Shown: in pieces, positions 45,568 through 52,136 of the stretch
How the letters are laid out: the number at the start of each line of letters is the position of its first letter
Position numbering within the stretch: the first letter of the stretch is position 1
Origin: Planctomycetota bacterium
Lineage (GTDB): Bacteria > Planctomycetota > GCA-002687715 > DRQF01
NCBI GenBank assembly: GCA_036479435.1
Contig: JAZGFI010000006.1
Coordinates: 1 to 52,136, forward strand
Direction of reading: 5' to 3'
DNA: 52,136 bases
Notes under the pieces: generated by a model
The model's input: the letters and a program-made list of their open reading frames with translations, nothing else
Told to the model about the DNA's origin: nothing
Databases searched by the model: none
Program-made: the position numbers and the translations under genes

Positions 45568-45583
45568 CGCAAAGACAGTGCCC
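45568..45583 (-). promoter_or_regulatory. Sigma-54 promoter GGGCAC-TGTCT-TTGCG
   Basis: GG-N10-GC with one mismatch to TGGCAC-N5-TTGC, about 60 nt upstream of the 45505 start. Confidence 0.7.
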
Positions 45584-45786
45584 GGCAACCAAATCCCTCC
45601 TCAGGCCAGCCATTCTTGGGGCCAAGACCGTCGTCAAGGCTCGATGTCGGTTGAGAACCGCCAACAGCGGCCGTATCGAGCGTAAGGCCGCCAATGAACA
45701 AACCGACCTCACTCTCCCAGATGAATCCCAGGGCCAGATCTATTGCAGCCAGATCCACGCCCGAAATGGCAAAGTTCTTTGACATC

Positions 45787-45805
45787 GTGTCCGCATATCG
45801 GACAC
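45787..45805. promoter_or_regulatory. Candidate enhancer palindrome GTGTCCG-CATAT-CGGACAC (TGT-N11-ACA)
   Basis: Perfect 7-bp arms about 205 bp upstream of the sigma-54 promoter at 45583. Confidence 0.55.
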
Positions 45806-45894
45806 TTGCTCTTCGCCGATCCTTGACACGGAGTCGAGAACTGCTTGGAACTGCCGTCCCAATCCCTGCGCCGCGACGCCCTCAAACGGCTACT

Positions 45895-47472
45895 TTGGGG
45901 CCGCTGAGGACGCTATTGCTCCTTTCGCTCCTCGTCTCATTGGCCGGCTGCGGTCGTGCCGGCGATGCGGCCGATGCGGCCGATGCGGCCGATGCGGCCG
46001 ATGCGAAAGCTCGGGTCGCCGTCCTAGGCTTCCATTCCGGCCCGGACACCCTGGACCCGCTCCGTTTCCGGACCACTCGAGCCGAATCCATTTTGTCTGA
46101 GCTCATCGACCTGACGCTTCTCCGCCACAATCCGATCAGCGATTCCACCGAGCCCTGGTTGGCGAGCGAACTGCCAAAAAGGGAGGGCTCAGCCTGGCTC
46201 TGGACCCTGCCCCGAGACGCCCGCCGCGACGATGGCCGACAACTTCGAGCGCAAGACGCCGTGCGCACCGTGGAGTACCTCCGTGCCCACGCCGATCAGG
46301 CCGGTGAATTACTGGCGTCCATGGCCCACCTCGAAGAAATCAAAGTCGTCGATGCCCGCCACTTCCTTACGCAATTCGATCAGTCACATTCAGCCACCGC
46401 CTTCGCCTTCGGACGTCTTTTTCATGTCCTGCCGCCATCCGTTCTGCGGGATGATCTCACAGCGGAGGCCAATGATTGGGGAGTCGGCCCCTATCGCGTT
46501 GTCGAACACAAGCGCTCCGGTACCCAGTTCGCCAAGATCTCTAACTGGTGGGGTTCGAAGTTGCCGCGTTTCGCGAGACGCTTTTCATGTGAGCGCATCG
46601 ACTACCGTTACCTGTCCGACCCTGCCACCTTGCTTCGCCTTCTCGAAGAAGGTGTCCTCCATTTAGCTGGCCTTCCATCTGTCGGTGCGGCGCCGGAAAC
46701 TCCCGGCCTCAAGGTCGAGAGCATCGCCACCGGCGTCCTCAGCTATGTGGCATGGAACAGCAAAAAGAGGCCCTTTGATCGAGCCAAAGTCCGCCGACTC
46801 CTAGGCGCGTCCATCCCTCGTGGCTGGATTCTGAAGCGACTTGCCAACGGCACTGCGACGCCCATCCAAGTGCCCTTTGACACCAAGAGCACAGGGGGCG
46901 ACCCCGCTATCGCCCGCCATGACGACGACCTCGAACTCGCCAAGTTGCCCATCTTCGAAAAACACGAAGACCGTGTGCATTACGAGTCGCAACCTTGGCG
47001 CATCCACCTCCTCATCCCCGTGGGTGCAAAATGGGCCGTACAAGTGGCCAAAGGATGGGCGGAGTCGCTGCGACAAGATGGAATCGAGTTGGTCGTCGAG
47101 CCCTTGCAAGTCAAAGCTTTGCTGGCGCGGCTTGAGGCGGGAGATTTCGATGGCTGCCTTTTGATTTGGCGGGGCCGCAAAACGCGCGACACTCTGCGGG
47201 GGCTTTTGCACTCAAGCGAAACCAAGCCCGGGGGCCGCAACTTTTCGGGACTCGTTGACGCCGAGCTCGATGCGGCCATCGCCGCGCTGGAGTCCGCAGA
47301 GGACGGCGAACAGCTGCGCGCGGCCCAGGATCAACTCAACCGCCGAGCGCTCGCCTTATCTGGAGTGTCGTTTCTTTTTCGTCACCGGGCTCGAGTCGGC
47401 ATTCGGCGCGACCTGATCGACATCGAGACAAGTACGCGCGGCCTCGACCTCACCACACTGCGCTGCCGGTGA
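45895..47472 (+). CDS. Family 5 (Opp/Dpp-like) solute-binding lipoprotein without adjacent permeases
   Basis: Lipobox LAG-C, PDTLDP, PWLA, DG..L.A.D, GVGPYRV, N.K..PF....VRR and NFSG..D.ELD; start uncertain (TTG 45895 preferred over ATG 45694). Confidence 0.82.
   Translation: MGPLRTLLLLSLLVSLAGCGRAGDAADAADAADAADAKARVAVLGFHSGPDTLDPLRFRTTRAESILSELIDLTLLRHNPISDSTEPWLASELPKREGSAWLWTLPRDARRDDGRQLRAQDAVRTVEYLRAHADQAGELLASMAHLEEIKVVDARHFLTQFDQSHSATAFAFGRLFHVLPPSVLRDDLTAEANDWGVGPYRVVEHKRSGTQFAKISNWWGSKLPRFARRFSCERIDYRYLSDPATLLRLLEEGVLHLAGLPSVGAAPETPGLKVESIATGVLSYVAWNSKKRPFDRAKVRRLLGASIPRGWILKRLANGTATPIQVPFDTKSTGGDPAIARHDDDLELAKLPIFEKHEDRVHYESQPWRIHLLIPVGAKWAVQVAKGWAESLRQDGIELVVEPLQVKALLARLEAGDFDGCLLIWRGRKTRDTLRGLLHSSETKPGGRNFSGLVDAELDAAIAALESAEDGEQLRAAQDQLNRRALALSGVSFLFRHRARVGIRRDLIDIETSTRGLDLTTLRCR
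45961..46005 (+). repeat. In-frame 9-bp tandem repeat (GCCGATGCG) x5
   Basis: Four exact units plus one with a single mismatch; encodes GDA-ADA-ADA-ADA-ADA right after the lipobox. Confidence 0.9.
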
Positions 47473-50400
47473 TGGCTACGGACATGGACGTGGCCGCGAA
47501 GCCAACCCGGACTTTTCGCAACGGGCGTTACCTGGAGCTAAGTCTCATCGGCGTCGGTGCCGAATCAGAAGTCATCCTCGCTCTCGATCTCATCGAGGAT
47601 CGACAGGTCATCCTCAAGTGGCAGCGGATGTCGAACCGTGTTCCCGACGGCGACGACCCCATTCTCGATACTTTTCGCCGCCTCTCTACACTCGCTCACC
47701 CCGGGCTTGGCACAGACGTTGATTGCTACTACGAGCCGGCGCTCGGAAGCTGGGTCTTGGTTGAAACTTCGGTCAAGGCTCGCGATCTCGCCAAGCTCGC
47801 CCCGGAACTCGACGCCGACGAACTCGATGACGTGTTCTTGGATCTCGTACACATTCTGGACCACCTCCATGCCGCTGGTCTTCGCCATGGTGACTTGAAA
47901 CCGCAGAATGTCATCCTCGCTCGGCGCGGCGGGTTGCGGCGCGCCCGCATCATCGACTTTGGCATGACCCGCGCCGCGGCTGACCCTTGGTTCCCCGGCG
48001 GCACCCCGAGCTACTTGCCCCCCGAAATCGCCCTTCAGGGCCCCTCCGAACAGATGGATTGGTACGCGCTTGGGGTCATGCTACGCGACTTGAGATCGCC
48101 CGAGCGGGCCAACGACCGCCTCAGCCAGCTTCGTGACGCCTGCCTCGAACCCGATCCCGCCGCCCGCCGCGAATCCCTTTCCGAATGGAAACGTCCCTAC
48201 CGTGCGGGCCGTGACTACGAATTCACTCTGTCTCTATCCGCCATTCGCCAGAAAAAGGCGGACCTTTTGGCCCGAGTCTTGCGCTCTGCCCTTGATGAAA
48301 ACCACCCCGCAAATTTCATCAGCCTAAGCGGCGGCGTGGGCACGAAGCGAGAGCTCCTGATTCGCCGCCTTGCTTTCGAACTTCGCCGCAACGAAAGAGC
48401 CGTTGTTTCGTTAAGCGGTCCATTTTCGAGCGGCCGACTGCGAGAACTCGCCGGCACCGCTTGCGGTCGGCGGCTGAGTTCGCTGCGCCAGTCGGAAGAG
48501 ACCGACGCGACCGACTTTGGCGGAGCCACTCGGTCTTCGATCCTCGGGTTTCTAAAGGAGGTTCGCGCCGACCGAACCCTCTTCATCCTGCTCGAACCCG
48601 AGGCCGCCGAGTCGAAAGCCGCAGCCGAACTGGCTTTGAGCCTTCGCTCTTTTCGCCGCGCGGCCACCGGGCTCGAGACGGCCAAGGTGGTCTTGGTGGC
48701 GACCGATGAACTAAAGATGGCCGCCGATCACCAAATTCCCCTGCCCACCTTTGATGGAGAAGAGCTCAGCGAGCTAGTTCAGGTGGCGTTTCCTTCGCCC
48801 GAGAAAACTAACCCTGGCCAACTCATTGCCGGCGCCAGCAAGATAGCGAGTGCGGTCCAGGGAAGCCTCCGTGTTTTCGAGTCACTGCTCGCCAAAGGTC
48901 TAGAAAAGGGGCTAGTTGATTACCGTCGCGGGCGCATGAGGTTTGAGGTCCCCGCCCTAAGCCGCCTCGCCGAAGGCATCCGCAGCCAGCACCAACACCG
49001 CCAGCGAATTTCGCGGCAAAAACTCCAAGGATCGCCGGTCGCCGCCACTCTTGCTGCCAACTTCGGGGCCCTCGACCTTGCGACCTTGACCGAGCTTTCT
49101 CGGCTCGGCAAAGAGGACTTCGAAGCCGAGCTTGGCTACCTTTGTGATCATCACGAAGTCTTTGTGCAGGAGGCCCCGGCTTTCATCGTAACCCTGCGCG
49201 ATCCCCAGAGAGTCGATGTATCAGATCAACTGGCGTGGCCGCTAAGTCGCCCTTTCTCCGATGCAAACGACGCTAAAAGTCGAGCTTTGAAGCTCGTCTC
49301 GCATCTTGCTCCGTGGATGAAGACGCAGGCGTTCGAGGCACTCCATCACCTCGAACGCGCGAGTTGCCAGTGGCGTTTTGCCGAGGCCATTTTGGACCTG
49401 CTCGAGCCCCTCATCCGCGGCCTCTTGTCGAGTCAGCAAGGCGAACAAGCGGATCAACTCTGCCGAGAACTCCAGACGCGTGATGGCATCCTGGGCTTAA
49501 GGGCGCTGCGCTTAGGTGCCGAGCTCGAAGTTGCTCGCGGTGAGTTTGCCCGGGCGCTCGAAAAGTTAAGCACGATCGCGACACGAGAATGGAAGATCGA
49601 TCCACAGATCGAATCAGAACTTAGCGCGGCCCACTCCATCCGCGCTTATCTCGAACTACTTCGCGGTGACCTCGACCGAGCAGCACAAGCCTTGGACCTT
49701 GGCCTAGACCGAGGTGAACGAGCGGGAGGCTACCACCGGAGTTCGACTGAGAATTTTCATCGGGCGCGGCTGCTGACGCTGCGCGCCACTCTCCACACCC
49801 GAATCGGCGATCTGGAGGCGGCGGCCGATGACTACCGCGCCGCCATGAAGATCTGGCGCTCTTTGGGGCGCAGCGCCGACCTTGCCGCAACACGGGCCAA
49901 CTTTGCCCTGTTGCTTGAGCGCCGGGGCGAAGCCGACCAGGCCTACGACGAGTTGGCGGATGCCGTTCGCGTACTGGAAAACTGCGGCCGACTCGATCAG
50001 CTAGCCGCCAGCCACGCCAACTTAGGGGCCCTCCAAGACCGGCGGGGCAAGTTGGATGAGGCAGCTTGGTGCCATCGGCGCGCGGCCTTTTTGTTCGGAC
50101 TCGTCGGCGACTACCGCCGCGCCGGAGCCAGCCGCGCGAGTGTTTGCATCGCTGAGCTGGGCCGCGTTCCGCTCGTCGCCACCCGCCGCGAACTGGCCGC
50201 GGCGAGAAAGGTCATGGGCGAGGACGCTGACCCTAGAGCCCGCGCCATCGTCGCGGAACACCAAGCGCGTGTGGCCTTGGCGCTCGGGCGGCGCGCTGAG
50301 TTTCGGCAGCAGATGAAGTCAGCGATTGCCGCCGGCGAACTGACCTCGTCCGATGAAACCGTCCGAACCCTTAAGGACCTGGGCAACAGCGAGCCCTGGC

Positions 50401-52130
50401 GGGCCTTAGAAGGCACTCCCGCGAGCTTGAGCTTCGCCCCCGCATTCCTTGCTGATGAGCAGGCCCGCGATCCCATCACGCGCGGCCTCGGTTTGCTTTC
50501 GAAAATCCGTGACGGCGAACCGAAAGATGCTCAGCAACATTGGCGCCGCTTGTTGCGCAGCCTTGACACTTGGGAGCAAGAAATGACCCTTCGCCAAAAA
50601 ACTCTATTTCGTTCGCTCGTGGTCAATCCGGCCTTTTTTGCCCTGCGCCGTGAACTCGATAGCCAACTTAGCGAACACCCTCAGGGGAGCGGCGGCGACA
50701 TCGTGGGCTACGCGAAGCACTTGTTTGCCTCCGACTCACCCGAGGAGGCTTGGAGTACTTTGGTCAAAAAAACCACCCGCGACACTCCAGCGCTGCGCGC
50801 CGCCGTCATTGACGTCACGGGCAATCGCGAGTTTACGATCTTAGTGGCCAGCAAAGGCCTAAAGAAGAACGAGCTCAGTCGTAACTTCATCTCGCGTTTG
50901 AGTGATCAAGACCAAGCCTTCTTCGTGGCCGACGCGGGGTCGGATGAACAGCTCGGTTTCGCGGAAAGTGTGCGGCGCCTGGGCCTTCTTTCGGTGGGTG
51001 GCATCCCTATCGACCACCCTGGCGAAGCCAAGCGCTGGCTTTACGTCGACGCTCCCATCGAAGTGGGCGCCTTCGACGACGAGGCTATTAGCCAGCTCAC
51101 GGCGCTCAGCGATTTGACGGCCGCCTTTGTCGGGTCGTATCGCTTCCAGCCTCTTGACCCCGACGAGAGAAGACGCCTTCGAGATGAGATTACATCGAGA
51201 GTCGAGGAGCTAGAGCACAAACGCGAGCACAACGGACAAGGCGAGATACCGGGGCGCTCGCGCAAGGTCGGCCAGCTCAACTTTTTGATCCGCAAGGCCG
51301 CCGCCTCCGACCTGGATGTCCTCATCCAAGGGGAATCCGGGGTCGGAAAGGAGCTCGTCGCGGAAGCGCTTCATGTGCGTTCATCACGTAGGGCGGCTCC
51401 TTTCATCACCATTGACCTCGCAGCCTTGCCGGAGTCGTTGTTCGAACGCGAGCTCTTCGGGCACGAGGCCGGGGCGTTCTCGGGAGCGCACGAATCCCAC
51501 CCGGGCTTGTTGCGCTTAGCGTCGGGCGGCACCGTGTTCTTCGACGGCGTAGATCAGCTAGCGAAGTCCCTGCAATCCAAGTTGCTGCGGGTCCTGGAGT
51601 CGCGGCGCCTGCGGCCTCTGGGCGGAACCGGCGACGTTGAAGTTGATCTTCGAGTGCTCTCATCCGCGAGGCAGTCCTTACGCGACAACCCGAATTTCCG
51701 CGAGGATCTTTACTACCGCCTCGCTCGCATCGAAATAGAAGTGCCGGCCCTTCGCGAGCGCATGGAAGACCTCGACCTACTGTTGCAGTCCTTCGCCGAT
51801 AGGATGGGTCGGAGCAAATTGCAGTTCGACAGCGCGGCTTGGGCGGGGCTTGAAAACTATGGTTGGCCGGGAAACATTCGCGAGCTCTCCAACCTCGTGG
51901 AACGCCTCCACGCCTTCGTGGCGCCGCAGCGCAAGGTCACCGTCGCTGACCTACCGCGAACCATTCTCAAGGGCGATGCCGGTCGCCCGCAGACGATTGA
52001 CGACGCCGTCAGAACCGCGCTGAAGAACGCTATGGACTGGTCAAATGGGCAGAAAAGCCTTGCCGCAAAGGCCTTGGGTATTTCGCGCTCAACTCTCTAC
52101 AAGAAACTCGAAGAATACGGCGAGGCCTAG
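47469..52130 (+). CDS. Ser/Thr kinase + degenerate STAND-like ATPase + TPR + GAF + sigma-54 activator (AAA+, Fis-type HTH)
   Basis: HGDLKPQN, DFG and GTPSY; TPR-like repeats; GESGVGKE, ELFGHEAGAFSGA, FREDLYYRL, WPGNIREL and AAKALGISRSTLYKKL. Confidence 0.92.
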   Translation: MMATDMDVAAKPTRTFRNGRYLELSLIGVGAESEVILALDLIEDRQVILKWQRMSNRVPDGDDPILDTFRRLSTLAHPGLGTDVDCYYEPALGSWVLVETSVKARDLAKLAPELDADELDDVFLDLVHILDHLHAAGLRHGDLKPQNVILARRGGLRRARIIDFGMTRAAADPWFPGGTPSYLPPEIALQGPSEQMDWYALGVMLRDLRSPERANDRLSQLRDACLEPDPAARRESLSEWKRPYRAGRDYEFTLSLSAIRQKKADLLARVLRSALDENHPANFISLSGGVGTKRELLIRRLAFELRRNERAVVSLSGPFSSGRLRELAGTACGRRLSSLRQSEETDATDFGGATRSSILGFLKEVRADRTLFILLEPEAAESKAAAELALSLRSFRRAATGLETAKVVLVATDELKMAADHQIPLPTFDGEELSELVQVAFPSPEKTNPGQLIAGASKIASAVQGSLRVFESLLAKGLEKGLVDYRRGRMRFEVPALSRLAEGIRSQHQHRQRISRQKLQGSPVAATLAANFGALDLATLTELSRLGKEDFEAELGYLCDHHEVFVQEAPAFIVTLRDPQRVDVSDQLAWPLSRPFSDANDAKSRALKLVSHLAPWMKTQAFEALHHLERASCQWRFAEAILDLLEPLIRGLLSSQQGEQADQLCRELQTRDGILGLRALRLGAELEVARGEFARALEKLSTIATREWKIDPQIESELSAAHSIRAYLELLRGDLDRAAQALDLGLDRGERAGGYHRSSTENFHRARLLTLRATLHTRIGDLEAAADDYRAAMKIWRSLGRSADLAATRANFALLLERRGEADQAYDELADAVRVLENCGRLDQLAASHANLGALQDRRGKLDEAAWCHRRAAFLFGLVGDYRRAGASRASVCIAELGRVPLVATRRELAAARKVMGEDADPRARAIVAEHQARVALALGRRAEFRQQMKSAIAAGELTSSDETVRTLKDLGNSEPWRALEGTPASLSFAPAFLADEQARDPITRGLGLLSKIRDGEPKDAQQHWRRLLRSLDTWEQEMTLRQKTLFRSLVVNPAFFALRRELDSQLSEHPQGSGGDIVGYAKHLFASDSPEEAWSTLVKKTTRDTPALRAAVIDVTGNREFTILVASKGLKKNELSRNFISRLSDQDQAFFVADAGSDEQLGFAESVRRLGLLSVGGIPIDHPGEAKRWLYVDAPIEVGAFDDEAISQLTALSDLTAAFVGSYRFQPLDPDERRRLRDEITSRVEELEHKREHNGQGEIPGRSRKVGQLNFLIRKAAASDLDVLIQGESGVGKELVAEALHVRSSRRAAPFITIDLAALPESLFERELFGHEAGAFSGAHESHPGLLRLASGGTVFFDGVDQLAKSLQSKLLRVLESRRLRPLGGTGDVEVDLRVLSSARQSLRDNPNFREDLYYRLARIEIEVPALRERMEDLDLLLQSFADRMGRSKLQFDSAAWAGLENYGWPGNIRELSNLVERLHAFVAPQRKVTVADLPRTILKGDAGRPQTIDDAVRTALKNAMDWSNGQKSLAAKALGISRSTLYKKLEEYGEA

Positions 52131-52136
52131 ATTGTG

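Noticed and set aside
45694..45894. Long N-terminal extension of the solute-binding protein
   Set aside because: It would place the lipobox Cys at about residue 86, and it overlaps a candidate enhancer.
9122..51663. Numerous overlapping antisense and alternate-frame ORFs in the track (for example 9122..10144, 11067..11939, 19635..20441, 29036..29854, 38542..39351)
   Set aside because: Expected shadows of real genes in high-GC DNA; no motifs or independent RBS.

Overview
GC-rich bacterial chromosomal window. The gene content suggests a Planctomycetota genome (inference): HEAT-VWA protein, FG-GAP protein, FHA/Ser-Thr kinase, a kinase-fused sigma-54 activator, and a small CC/CxxC protein beside flagellar genes. 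Layout: (1) 1-5050, a more AT-rich accessory patch with phage-like hypotheticals, a Phd/YefM-RelE/ParE toxin-antitoxin pair, an FG-GAP secreted protein and gene remnants; (2) COG2426 membrane protein, FHA kinase and three glycosyltransferases; (3) a thioredoxin-fold gene split by an in-frame UGA, a pyrophosphatase pseudogene and a large transglutaminase-like/TPR protein; (4) an mrpE-F-G-B'-B-C-D-D-x-D cation/H+ antiporter operon; (5) HEAT-VWA, tandem protease-PDZ, PH-domain and GNAT genes; (6) a LolA-like gene whose basic repeat tail carries two in-frame UGAs; (7) methyltransferase, CheC/FliM-like gene, fliN, fliM, SDR, HAD and fliO-fliP-fliQ-fliR-flhB-flhA behind a sigma-54 promoter; (8) a DUF5666 secreted protein divergent from an SBP5 lipoprotein coupled to the kinase-TPR-GAF-sigma-54 activator. 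The main signal missed by the ORF track is probable UGA recoding (selenocysteine) at up to three loci. The strongest case is 32159-33175: each of two tandem-repeat UGAs is followed at identical spacing by a hairpin showing compensatory base changes. No rRNA, tRNA, CRISPR array, transposase or sel machinery gene was recognised. All family calls come from motif recognition by eye; no searches were run.
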